Assembly: GCF_964194025.1 (NCBI RefSeq) | Contig: NC_134472.1 | Coordinates: forward strand, 67,456,001-67,520,000 | DNA from: Convolutriloba macropyga | Lineage: Eukaryota | Length of the DNA stretch: 64,000 nucleotides | Direction of reading: 5' to 3' | The notes under the pieces: model-generated | The model's input: the letters and a program-made list of their open reading frames with translations, nothing else | Told to the model about the DNA's origin: nothing | The model's database searches: none | Position numbers and translations under genes: made by a program | Part shown: positions 32,678 through 46,139 of the stretch, one piece after another | Layout of the letters: each line of letters starts with the position of its first letter | Numbering within the stretch: the stretch's first letter is position 1

Positions 32678-33070
32678 GCTGCCACCGCAAGCCTTATAAA
32701 GTTGCTCGTAAATATCAACTTCAAACAAAGAGGTGACATGGCTAATCCTGTCCTGCGACAAAGCGCTCCCTCACATTACCTGTCCAATCACAGGCACCGG
32801 AAGTTGCCACTTACATTGGTCCGTCACAGCGGCCTCAATTACCTTTGCTGCCATTTCCAGCCACAATGGCTGCATCCTACTTTTGTTTAAATTAGACATG
32901 GGTGTTACATGGCCCCTCCAGCCGTGTGCGAACGCACTCTCTCACCATGGCTGTCACTGCCAGCTCTAGCGAGTGTCTTCTACAATTTTCATCGACATTA
33001 GATGTGTAATAGTGCCATCAGCCGTGTGCCAAAGCGTTTGTTCACCTTAGCTGCCGTCGCTATCCAATAA
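32678..33070. repeat. Degenerate ~102-bp tandem array, middle block
   Basis: The core (gc)tgcca-like motif recurs near 32681, 32782, 32850, 32953 and 33053, each preceded by cacctt/cacatt and often by atgtgt..tagc. Confidence 0.65.
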
Positions 33071-36000
33071 GGCTGCTCACAAAAAGTCACTGCGTCTTTT
33101 TTAGATCAACTAAGCAGCCAATAGGCGCCTAGTGCTTGTTCCGATCCCACTTGTGAGGGGAAGAACTATATACTCAAATGGGTTTTTTTTTGTTCAGACA
33201 ATTTTGGCCAATCGATATATTCATCGTAGAGAAATATGAGTAGTATCACTAACAAGCTCGTCCAGCGCAGAGTTCGGAATTAAAAAGATTTTTTGAAATT
33301 TGTTTTTTTGAGGAGTTATCGAGGAGTTTTTGAGGAGTTTTTTTTTAAGTTTTGTGCGAACACGTGATGTTTGGCATGTTTTGTTCACGTTTAGAATAAT
33401 TTTTGTTCAAATTAATTCTATGAAAATATTAATTCAAAACTATATTTTATAGAACAAATAAAACATTTTTGAGTTTTTAACAGATGAGAGGCCATAAAAA
33501 TGCTAGTTTTTGTCTCATAATGGAGTTTCCTATCCAAAAAATCGATTTCTAATTGAGAGCTGTTATCTTAAAAACAATTTTATATTTTTTTCAAGTCACC
33601 TAGAGACTGGTCACTTTTCAAATCAAACTGGTCACTGTTCTGTTGACGTCAAACTTCATCTACAGTCAAATGATGCCCAATGAAAAAATAATTCGTTTTC
33701 AAGGAGTTGATTGTAATTTTGTGGCTGCGACTTTGAGTTTTTGTAATTTTTATTAAAATTTTGATGTTCATTTTGAGATTCTAGTAAAGTTTTGAAATCC
33801 TATGGCGAAAACCCGTTCACTAAAATAGCTATACGTTTCCTGAAGAGCAGTAAGTGAACCTATGTAGAAATTTGAGTGGACGGCTAATGGCTGTTAAGGC
33901 TTTAAAAATAATTTTCTGTAAAATTTTTTTTTGAACATTTACAGATGTTAAATTGTTTCTGTGAACTGTTAGTCAGTCTGACTATTGACAGGGCCCACTT
34001 ATTTTCTCTTGCAACCAAAATTAAACCCAAAATTAAACTGTTAAGCTGTTTTATCGTCGAACTGTTGTCTTTATGACTTCGATATTACAACTTTTCAAAT
34101 TTTGTTTTAATTCTGGTTATTGTTTCAAAAATTTGATTCCCAATGAAGTCATATCACATTATTTTTTTATTGAAAGTTTTCATTGGCTTAGAAAAGACGA
34201 ACAATTGATCATAGATAACTTTTTCAGAGAAAAAACTTATGGCTTTAATTGCCTTGGCACTGTCTTTATGCACTTTTCCACTATTTTTTTTTGTTTCTGA
34301 CTGTATTTTTTGCCCTCCCCATAGTTATACGACTTATTGTGATGACTTTTTGATGAGTTAAGATTTTAAAAAATTTCGCCTTCCCATCGAGGCCTAACTT
34401 ATTACAACTTATTATTTATTGACTTCCGTTGAAAGCTTTTGAATTTCATTTAATGGCTTTGATATTGTTATTATTCTCTCAAAAATTTTGTGGTTAAAAA
34501 TTATTTGTTCATATTTGTTGGTTGTTTTGAAGTTCAAATGTTACATTTAATAATTGCATTGTTTTTAAAAAATGATTTATAAATGAAAAAGTTTTTTTCT
34601 GAATAGTTCATTTTTTATCGGCTTCGACACATTTCTCTCTAAGTTTATTTGCATGTTTTTTTCTCTATGTAGTCGTAAAATGCCGAGAAGTCTCATAGAT
34701 TTCTATCAGAGTGTAGACAAGACGAAGTTACTCATTGCAGTAACTTATAACATATAGCCTTAAAGTTTATGATATTATAATTTTTTCAAACTTTTTTAAA
34801 ACTATATAGTTTTTGTTGTTGTATTTGTCAACTTGTATCTATTTCTCATCATCAAAAAGCCACATCCACTTGTTTGTAATACAAATATTAGGTTGTTTTT
34901 TGATGTTACGTCGGAACTGATGTTTTGTTTGTTGAAATGCTTTTAATAAAGTTTGTTGATTGGTCAATATTTGTGTTCCTTTTCTCTTCTTTAAGCACAT
35001 TTGCTAATACCATATCTCAATGGTTTTCGAAAGTAGCCCATATGAAAATATTAATCTTTTTCGTATGATATTATTTGAATTAGAGATAACATTTGAAAAA
35101 AAAACATAAAATTCAGATTTCAACGGCTTCAATAATTTGTATACTTAGCAAATTGTTAGTAACCCTTTCAGTTTTTCTTCACCTTTAGCGTGCGTTTTTT
35201 AGGCTTTTTCTAACCAAAGACAATTTTTTGGTTTGTCTTTTGACTTTTTAGTAATTGTATTATATATTTTTTTTGTTAAAAGCGAACGGTTTTCAAGACT
35301 TTTGAAAAAATTTGGTTTAACAAAAATTAGTTGATTTTTGAATTTCATCACATTCTTTGTTCTTTTTGTCGACATTCTGCCTAGTCTCATTAATATAAAG
35401 TCCCATCTCCCTTGTATTAAGAAAAAAGTTAATTTATGTAGTTAAGGTTTTATCTGATTGTTTTTCGTTATAAGGTGCTTTTAAGTTTAGATGTTGGATT
35501 TTTGCCGTTGATTTTTTTTTGTTTTTTCGCATTTTATTTTTTGTTTCTTTCTCCAATATTATTATTAATGGCCGATCTCACAAAAACCAATCATAGCGCT
35601 GTAAAGAGGCCCGGCATTATTTAATTTATTTACTACTTAGTTTAACGATTTTTTAAATTCGAAGATCTTTTTTTGATTTTCTCTTCATTTGGTTGACAGT
35701 TAAGGGAAAATATAGATGAGCGCGGGTTGGAACAACATGTGCGAACGCACATTAACGAGCTTATTTGTTTTAATTTAGAATCGCATAGGTGTCCTACCTG
35801 AAAAAGTTCCGGACCAAAGAAACTTCCTCATCTTTCTTTCCGCCAACAATGTCAACTTAAAAAAAAAAGAACCCTGAACTCAATCCATTATTGCTGTGCA
35901 AAAACAAATGAGTAGATTGCGCTAAACAAAATGACTGTGCAAATCATCAATAATAATAGCAATGTCATTACTGAAAAAGTTATTTTTTCAAATTGGAAGC

Positions 36001-36429
36001 CAAGAAAAGTTAGTTTTTAAACCTTACGTTTCCAAGATAAACAATCCGATAACTTCATGCAAGGGTCTCTTTTAAATTCCTCAAAAATATGATTAAAGAT
36101 TTGTTTTTTGAATTTTTTCTTTTTTTTTGTTTTTTCTTAAAAGACAAGGTAAAAAATTCCAGTCCTGTAAAGCTTTTCTAACGAATGAATTGTCTAGTTT
36201 TGAGCTTTTGAATTTATAGCCCCAGTACTCGAGTCCAGTTCTTTCATTTTTGTTGATTTTCCAGGTTTTAAGTTAACGTTCCCTGCTTTCATCAAATTGC
36301 TGGCAGTTGGTTGGTTTAAATCATCCAGATGTAATTTATTCGCTTTAATTTCAAAAAATAATTCTTAGGTAGGATTTAATGCTGTAGTTTCAGATCTCTA
36401 GGTTGTCTGTCCAGTGTTAGAATAAGATT

Positions 36430-37105
36430 TTAGTTGAGCCTTCTCGTGATTCAGTGACACATGCACTAACAGCAGACATGCATTAACACCTTGTTGCCAT
36501 CGTCAGCCCAAATAGTCTTTATAAGTCAATTACACACATATATTTCAATTCTGCGCTAACCCTGCACCAATGAATATCTTCTTCGCCTTGTCACAGCTGC
36601 TATCGCCAGTTAGTCAGACCAAGTGAATACAAAATGTTTTTTGTTGAAATAAAGACGGCATATAGCCCCACCAGACTCGCGCAGCCACTTCTCTTTGCCT
36701 TAACTACCATCTGCATCCCCAACAGTGGAAATTCTTTTTTGGAAATTGTTGAGATGTAGATGTGTCATAGCTCCCTCGGTCGTTCTACAACACACTCCCT
36801 TTACATAACTGCCGCTGCCATATTCAAAACGCGATTCTCAAAATCTTAATTGACACGTAAATGTGTCATAACTTCATCAAACTTTGAGCAAAAAACTACC
36901 TCGCCTTTTTGGTCATGGTCAGCCCCAGAATCTGAGATCTATATAAATTTTGGACACATTGACGAAAACACACATCCTCACATTGGTTTCCTTCGCAAAC
37001 ACCAGTAAGCTTCTCCTGGAATGTTTTCTGGACAATGTGCATTTAGTAGCTCCCATAGCCGAGAAAAAAGCACCACCTCACAATAGTGGTCATTGCAAGT
37101 CCCCT
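36430..37105. repeat. Degenerate ~102-bp tandem array, right block (about 7 units)
   Basis: The core recurs near 36496, 36599, 36706, 36811, 36912, 36989 and 37089 (spacings 103, 107, 105, 101, 77, 100). Confidence 0.65.
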
Positions 37106-38996
37106 TAAAGTATTTATGCTTATTTTACTGACACTAATTCATCAATGCTGAATCAGCTCTACACTGAGTCAGCTTTACACCAGCGATAAACCTTCAACGA
37201 AAACAGTGGCAGGTGAAAAACAATTTATTGCTGAACTTGAAACATAATTAAAATAGCAAACGAAAAATTCACGCTGATTATGGGAGAGATTTGAATCACA
37301 TTAGAACAAATGACAAAATCGGAACGGCAGGCGACTAGAGAGTCTCTCGATCTCATTAAAGAACAGAGAAGACAAGTAAAGAAAATTTTGCCGATAAGAG
37401 CATTTCAAACAAAGAGTTCAGTTTTAAATAAAAAATAATCGAACTATGACTTCAACGACCGCTGAAAAGACAGCAGGGATTGCATGGCCTTAATTTGGCT
37501 AACAATTATTGGGGTAATGGAGTGTGTCATTCTCTAACGAAGAACCTTGACATACAGAATCTAGCGGTTAAAAAGTAATACGTCTACTGATCAATCTCTA
37601 ATGTAGATCTTTGATTGACCAAAAAACGCTTAAACAGTGATCCCAGTCAACTTAATTCATAACATGGACAGGAAGACTTCATCAGACAACCACGACAATC
37701 AGGTCATTGTCTTTGAACGAAGTGAACGATCAGTATATCAGTATGGCCGAACCCCAGTTAGAAGGTCTATGAACAACAACTTCGTCATCTTCTGCTGCCT
37801 GCTTTTATGTTCTTCTGACACAGGTACAGCTTAGCTGCTACAGTCTCAGTCAAACTCAACGCCTAATTATTCTTTAAGTTTCCAGCGTAAATCGCAGCCC
37901 ACGGTTAGCGACATTAAACGGCCAACTTCCTGCTTCAGGTGAAGATTCTAAAATTAAACATAAATATATTTCAGCAGAAGCAAACTTTGGCCCTAGAGGA
38001 GCAATATTCTAGCTACTCAATTCTAAAATTTTGGTTCCAAATATTTTAATCACAATTTTTGACGAGAGTCATTTTTATAGCCGTTTTGATAAAATGCATT
38101 GCTCTGTCGAACTGTCTGGTAATGGCATACAGAAAAATGACGGCGATTTTGTCGAAAAGAATGAAATCAAACACAGTTATATGACATCAACAGTATAGTT
38201 GGACATTATGGCAAACGAAACAACCAGAAACCACGTTCTAATCAAAAACGTCAGATTATGGTCAGCATCCAAAACTGACAAAAACGCTATTGTTCTCTCA
38301 TTCGACTTACGCCAAAAATTGAAAAATGTCATTAAAATGTCAACGCAGATTTTCCGCTCCAAAAGCAAGATCACTATATGCATGGGGTCGATATCGGTTA
38401 TTTGAAATAGAAAGCTGTAGTCAAGCGTAGATCTGAAATCGGAAATCTACTCTAGACGCAGTCCCACACGCACGCAACTAAGCTAAAGAGTGCCTCAATC
38501 GCTGTGTGTTGACATTATAGTAAAAATATCATAGCTTGCAGCACAACGTCAATAAAAATAATTCATTGTTTATCAGATTTCTTCTTACAGTCAAAGCTTA
38601 GCAATCAATTCAATTTTGTGAAAATGTTTCGATAGAACAGTCAACAAATAGATTTTTACGCAAGTTTTGAAATGGATTAAACATTTTTTTAAAAAAATTC
38701 AGTACAACGTCTATTGGCAAAAACGATCTCAAAGCGGCAAAATCTCATATCAATTTTTTAAGCACGTCTTCAGCGCACCTGAAGTAAACGCTTTTTGGTT
38801 TGAATTACGTGCATTCAATAAACAGCTGGAGATTTAATGTTGAATCAGACAAATGAAACATGATCACAATATTTTTTTATGTGTGATAACAACGACCGTT
38901 TTTAGTAGGAGTTCGATACAAAACAGTTCATACAGGAAAAGTAGATTCTATGACAAGGCTAACACAAAGTTCTTGTCTTAACAATCTTAGTCTCCA

Positions 38997-39370
38997 CCCT
39001 AGTTTAAGCTTAATGTCAAATTTGCAATTATTTGGTCTGAATATATTTGTCCCTAATTGATAGCAGTTGGCCTTGTAGGGTTATTTGATCACACATATCG
39101 CTTACAAGGTGTACTTTGAACATTTTTTCAATTGAATTATGCATTCTCTGAGAAATGCTCAGGAAAATAACCCACATTGTTAAATTAAGAAGAGCTCGAC
39201 CGGAACGAACTCGGTCAATCGTTTGCAAATTTTTGCAAACTTAACATTATTTTGCAAAATTTTGCAAATTTGACGTTGCGAAGAGATAATTTGCAAATTT
39301 TTACAAATTTGGCATTATTGAGCAAAAATTTGCAAATGTTTGCAAGTTTGGTATTAGTTTTGAACTAGGG
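38997..39370. mobile_element. MITE-like element with CCCTAGTT(T/C)AA termini and an internal TTTGCAAA array
   Basis: ccctagtttaa...ttgaactaggg, with CA on both sides. TTTGCAAA palindromes repeat across 39222-39350. Confidence 0.5.
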
Positions 39371-42300
39371 CAGGCAGTCCACTTCTCCCGTCTTTATCAG
39401 AATTCTAAACACGTCGGTCAATTGGCATATATAGAGGCACTGTTGATGCAGATGAGCTCAGATCCAGTTTAATGATTCGCAATGTCGTAGTTTGCAACTT
39501 TCTATATGAGTAACTAAGTTCAGTTCTTCGGAAACACTATGGTTGCTAATTTATCGAATCAGATCCGAAAACGATTTTTCAGAATTGAGTATTCAAACTG
39601 ACAAAATTTGTGGCCAATAATCCTGACGGCCGGCAGTTGCTCAAAAACAACCAATTTGAAAAGTAAACTTTTTAGTTACCAGTTTTTGGCAAAAATTGAC
39701 CACAACAATTGATGACATTGATGAAATTGATAACCCTTGTAGTTTAAGAAGCTCAGGAGGACTCACGAAAAAACCAAGACTTTTTAAATGCCCCCCCTCT
39801 GTGGTTATGGAGAAGTAGTAACCATAGAACTTCCATATTATCGAAAAACTGCAGTCATAAAACTTCCATTTAAGGAAATGTTTTAGTCATAGAACTTTCA
39901 TTGATGGCAAAGTTATAATTTTACCAATCTTTTAAAACTTTTTTGATTTATGAAGTCAATTGTTTATAATATAAAAGTTCTATGATTAAAACTTTTGGTC
40001 AACCCGGGATTTCACGAAAGATCATGTGCTGTTTACCATGATCACTCTATGAACATTTAACACAATTATTTGCTCTCACGGATAGCTTGGCTTCTTAGCA
40101 ACGCTGTGATCTTTGCATCACAAAAAGACTATTGATTCTGACTCACGACAAATTGAAAAAAATGTCTGGCATGGGATGACCTGCTTTCTGGTCATAAATG
40201 TAATTTCCTCCAACGCAAAAGACCCTCTCGAAATCAAGAAACTTACCTATGAAAATCATTCTTTGTTGATCTCGGCTTCAAGGAAGACTGCTTCTTCAAT
40301 CAGACAATTGATTGGATCACTCTTCTATCAGTTAAGTTGACAACTTTTTAATGTCTTCAAAACCATTCTCATTGAAGCAGAATGTTTTGTGAGTCCATAC
40401 CAGTGGCCCACATCAGAAACGTCAAAATGACAGCCTCAGCACACCGGATCAGCGAATCTTGGGTCCGCCTTTCTAATTAAAACCAAAATAGTGAACCTAA
40501 GCTGGTCGATGAAAACCTTTCGTCCAGAAAGTCCATTTTCTTGTTTTACATCGAATGAATTTTTTTTGAAAAAAAAAAGGTTTTTGCGCCTTTAGAATGC
40601 GCCTCTACTTTTTTCATAAGTCGAGCAGTACTTCTTTCGAAACAGCTCAGCATTTCAAAAACAAAACTAGTGCCGGTATTGTAGGATACTGCCTGTGGTA
40701 GTTCGTTTCTGAATATCTTTACAACAATAAGACATTGTTTTTTCGAGGGAAATTTCTGACCTCGTTGGCGGGAGAAGATGATAGGCAAACATGAAGAACT
40801 ACGTTGGATACCGTGTTCAGGGAATCAGATACAAACAAACACTGATCAACTAAGACCCCTGTGGAAAAATTATTCCCGCTGACGACATTTTGAGATCAAT
40901 TTGACTAAAAGATGTCATCGCTTTATTTCTTGAAATACCCAACTTTCAATAGATGCCACAGTGGAAATAGATGCTTATTAAAAAGCAACATAGTTTATGC
41001 ATCAAATTGTTTAATTAGAAGCCGACTAAAAGCTTGAAAATTTTTCAAAGTGAAAAAACTTCCGAGAGCCAAAAATTGTGTCTTCTGTATTCAAGTTTGT
41101 TGGAAAAGTCTAATAAAGAAAACTGAGATCCTTGTCTTAAAAAACCAATTGACACACAATAATTGACGGCATAGCAATTAAACACCAACTAGACAAGAAA
41201 AATTGTCTTTTCACATAACAACAATTCAAAATAACTGTTTTTGCTAAGCGTCAGAAGAACTGTAATCAGTTCATTCTTGTCGTCTGAGGCCAAATATCCG
41301 TTGACGCAAAATACTCGGCGCCAAAGAAGGAATCAAAAAACCCTAAGATGCAAATTGTCACAAAATCTGCGCAGTTTACAAACATGTCCATAATCGGAGA
41401 AGATAAAACAGGTCTTGTGTTCATGTATATTGAAAAATTGTTTACGTGCAACAAATGACAAAAATTGAGAGCCTACAAACTCGAGCTTACTGCAAGAAAA
41501 AATTTTAGAGCATAAGACCACCAATAGTGGATATTCCAGATGCGCGATTTGCAAACGAGATTTTTTACAAATGTTGGGCTCTTTTACTTATTTCTTTTTG
41601 TTGTCGTCCACAGCGAGATAGATGTCGGATGTTTGCCTGTTCTAATGTTTTTATAATCAACTGGGATTTAGAACAACATTTATTTAATAACAGACAATTA
41701 ATTAATGGCAAAAAACTTCGTATTAACACTTCACAATTCATAGATATAATTTCATGCAACACAATAGACCTCCTTCGAATCGGGAAAAAAAACTAAAGGA
41801 AACCACTCATTGTTGAAATTCGGTCGTGATAAGTTGTCTGGTTGTAGTAGTTTCATATCAAATCCCACGGTCCGCTGAGGCATGAACAAGGCCCGCAAGG
41901 CATGGACAAACGCTCTAAATCCGCAGTTATTTAATAGTAAATCGGGGGTTAAATTCCGTGGGGGTTTATTTCCTATCGAAAATGAAGTGGTTTTTTTCCG
42001 TGGGGTTTTCTTCCGCAGCCGGTTGATCACAGCTTCTTGGAGGACAACATCCTCAACCAGTCAATTGTTTGGCAATTTTTTACTCCTTCTGAACTGAATC
42101 TCTGTGGCGACCCCGCCAGACTCATCCATATTGTCAAACAAAATATTCTTTTCTGTGTTCTTTCAACTCCGTCGATAACCTGCAACCTGATGTCTTAAGA
42201 ACCATTTTCACTGAAGTGAACAGTTTTATGATTACAGGCCAGTGAATCACTTCAGAAAGGACAAACCAACAGTCCCATCACAACGGATCTTTTCATCTTG

Positions 42301-44239
42301 GGCAGACTTTTGTAGTTGAAACCAAAATGAGGAACCTAAGTCAAGCGACGACTGGAAAAAAGTTTGCAAACCACTGCTGCGATAAATTTGCTCCAAGCTT
42401 GAACGGAGAAGAAAATGATTATCGACATAAGCTGGTCTGTAGCTAGCCGACTGCGTTTTGGAATGAGCAATAGTAGACAGTCTAACATATCTGGCAGTTA
42501 GGACGTGCCACCATGTTTTCCAGAATGTAAACATGTTTTCCCAAACCCCTTGCAAGATAGGTTAAGTTTAAGGTTATCAAGGATGTTAGTGGTTGCCTTC
42601 TCAATGTTTTTCTTCATTTTGATTTTGATATGGGTACGCTCTTCTGCTAGACTAATTGTTGCGATGAACTTCTTAAATAGCTAGATAACTTCTTCAGATC
42701 TTGTTTTGTCATTCACTTTTCAAATAACTGGAGAAACTAAATAAACACAATCAATGACGAATTTCAATTTTGTTTCATCTTCGTCCCAAAATCTATTGAA
42801 TCCTCAAATGATCTGTTCTATGACTATTCAAATTGATAATCTGAATTATGCTCTCCATAATTAATTAGTGTCTTTATTCATCCAAACCTTCAAAAAGTGT
42901 CCCATACTTAAATCTTCCATTTACTCACATCTGTAGAGATGGTATACAATTCCTTTTCTATGGAAACTAAATATGTCCTTGTTATTTTACCAGCGTGTTT
43001 GAACTCTAATAAAATTTTTTGACTCGTTGAACAAACATGCTCCTGCTTTCGTTGACTATCTTACCAAGTGCTATGTTTTTACCAAAAGGCATCTTCTTGA
43101 CGGAGCTCAGCAGGTTTCTGCTAATAACGAAGTGGATAAATTTGGCAGATGCAGAGCATTAGGTGGTGTCACAGGTTCTGATAAGTGCAGAAGGAATTTG
43201 TAGTGAGATCACTAAGACAGCAGAACTTTTTGTCAAAAATGCTAGTCCTCAATGACAATATTTCACTTCAGACAATTATTTGCGTCAGTGGTTCAGCACA
43301 AAATTGACCTTCATAGCTCGTGCAACCACTTATACTGAAGAACTGTTTAGCAAAAGCGAGAACCCAATCACTAGCGAGCTATTACAGAAACTAAAAAAAT
43401 ATCCAGGCTGCGATCAAAAATAGCGACATATCTTTTCTTGCAAGGTGAAGGTGGTGTAGACATCCGTAAAATTGAAGGCCAGTTTAACGAAATACGAACG
43501 ATCATTTCATTTATCACACCTTTTATTCCTCTCCTTGCCCGAAGTTGAACTACAGCAACAAAAAATAGTAAAAAGAACAAATAAAAGCAGAATAGAGGTA
43601 TAAGAAAAAAATATTAATCATGATATCAAACTGAGAGAAACAACAATTTAGAGTGAGGTGATTAAGAGATAGATGCTCACTTGAAATTGCTAGTTAAAAA
43701 GTGGCATCAAGCTGCTTGAGTGTTATGTCATTGAAGCAAAATCAATTTCACCTAAAGAAAATTTAGTGTCATGCTGGCATTGCCCTCCTTTATGCTTGGA
43801 TATAGTAATGACGCCTTCATTATTAGTAGGTAACGAAAATTCCAACGTGGCTTCTTCTTTATGGTACAAAAGGATGATGCGAACTCATGAGACATAATGA
43901 ACATGGCAGTTCCTTGGCCAATCTGTTAACTGATGGCTATGTCTTGATATTGATATCAAACCTCATCTTCAGCCATTGCAAGGGGAAACATTTGCTCCTA
44001 AATCAGAGACAACAGATGACGATGATGCAAGATTGGACTTCAAGATGCACATTTGTCGATTGCCAGGATTTTTAGATCATCCGCAAAAAAGAAGAGCAGA
44101 GAGAATTTTGATAAATATGCAAAACATGAGAGAACCCGAGAGCAATCCGTGAGGTACACTGCTTGTGAATTCTAATTCCACTCATCTGACATTATCGTCC
44201 ATCACAAATTGCCTCCAATTTGACAAACAGTCAATTAGC

Positions 44240-45180
44240 ACCACGAGAAGGCTTCTGCTTCAACCAATTTTATTCGATTTTTTGAGTGTTTCCAAGTCAG
44301 AAACCCAATCGCATGCTTTAGAGAAAACTGAATGAAAGGCCACAATCTCGTCTCTACAGATTTTGACCAACGCCTCATTTAACTTCTTTAGAAATGTCAG
44401 CATGTTTCTGCTTATTGAGTGTTTCCCTACAAAACCGTGCCGATTTGCAACAATGTGACGGGAAAAATGATATTTATTATACAATGGCTAGTATATAAAC
44501 GTCTCCAAAACCTTGCTGTCTGTAATCAGCAAGGGAAAATGCCTACAGGTTTTTTGTCCATTTTCTATCTCTTTTCCTGTAGTTACCGCGGCTAATTTTT
44601 AGCTCCATGGTAATTTCTTCAGTCTTTTAGCGATCATGAACATTTTATGTAGAGCTTTATAAGGTTTGCCACGCTTTTTTAGGTACAAAATATCGGAAAG
44701 ACACCATTTGGCTCCTCGATTTCGTAAGAGCGAACGATAGCATGGTCCCATGAAAATTGTTTTTTGAGGAACTGAAGTTCGTTTTTGTTGGGTTTTTACT
44801 TTTGAATATTTCGATACTTAAATGATTTGTGGGGCGACGGCTTATTAAGAGAACTCATTCAGCATGTTTGCTTTTTCCTTGTCCAATCTACTGATCCTAC
44901 TGCTAAATGTTATAACTTTCGACAACCCTTTCTTCCCAGTTAAGCTCGTCACGTTTTGAATATAGGATCAGCGTTTCTTGATGACATGAGCACTTATTGA
45001 TATTCTTAACATGCTTCGTCTCTAATATTTTTCATCCTGTGAATCTTCTCTGTTCTATAACTGGCTGGTTTCTCTTTGAGTAGTTTTTTCAGCGAATCAA
45101 TTTTCTGCAGTTAATTTGACGAGATTTGTTTGACCAGTCTGGGAGACTTTTCCGATGACTCGTGCGATTCGTACAGGCAA
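44240..45180 (-). mobile_element. Heavily decayed LINE reverse-transcriptase fragment
   Basis: The minus strand gives LLITDSKVLETFIY, RHGFVGKHSISRNMLTFL and HSVFSKACDWVS (cf. YTDFSKAFDRV). Boundaries approximate. Confidence 0.75.
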
Positions 45181-45994
45181 CCTACTTTGCGTTGTCCAGC
45201 GGAAGTTGCTAACCTATTTCATCTTTCTTTCTTTACTAGGCTTCTTGTGTTTACTTGAAAAATAACGGGAGACCCTAGTCATGGTTGACTTGTTTGTGAG
45301 CTTGTATTTTCGGCTACTTCTATTTTTCTTCCTTTAATGAAAAAATCAACATTCCGGCTTTTTTTCTTTTCCTTTGGCACTCCTTCGTACAACAACTCTT
45401 TTTCAATGTTTGATTTTCAAGGATTGCTTCAGCTTTCGTTAGTGCTAAAAAACGTAGACTTTTTTGCTATAAGATCACCTCTCTTCTCTTGGGTTTTGTC
45501 AGGAGCAACCTGTCATCGTGGTCAAAGAAAAGTGTGACTAGCAGCGTCGTCGGTTTCGTCCTATTTCTCTATTTCGCTCAACATGGACTAACCTCCAACA
45601 ATGCGTAATCTTTGGTTTAACACTTATGACTTCAGTGATTGAATTGAATATGTCATTCGTTAGATCTTAATTCTCACTCTTTGTCGGTGATGAGAATGCA
45701 ACGTATTGTCTGCTTGTCTTTGCGTGCACTGGTGCAGAGCGCCAATCAGCTTCAAACAGCTGAAATAATTGGCATCGCAGCTCTCTGCTTGAAAGAGAAC
45801 AGCAGTAATTAAGGAAAGAATTCAGCTTCGCTCTACTAAGAAGTTCCGTTTTCTGTTTTGAGGCTCCAGGACAGTTAAACGACAATGTTCACCAAGAATT
45901 TTGTGGGAATCAGCCAATATTCACATTTGCTAAATTAGTTTTCTCTTTTATAATCTCATTGACAATATATTGTTTCTATCAAGTATCGTATATT

Positions 45995-46139
45995 TTCCTT
46001 TTGTGTCTTCAAGTACTTTATGCGCCCCAGTTACAGAGAATGTGCTATTACACAGTAAATCAATATGTAAAAATATTGCACGTGCATCTGGGGGCGCAAA
46101 TAAAATGCATCCACTAAGCGGGAGAGACACAAACGGAAG
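45995..46139 (-). mobile_element. ~140-bp MITE-like element, copy A
   Basis: Diverged inverted homologue of 46961-47098. Confidence 0.7.

Noticed and set aside
32895-33066. Hammerhead ribozyme or SECIS reading of the CTGATG/TGA motifs in the 102-bp array
   Set aside because: No GAAA core or stem II for a hammerhead, and no consistent apical AA or stem length for a SECIS.
37230-43400. Scattered short ORFs with faint LINE-ORF1-like or transposase-like words (e.g. RIGKK..PLIVE, STDIW)
   Set aside because: Too degenerate, with no ordered motif series. Cannot be supported without a profile search.
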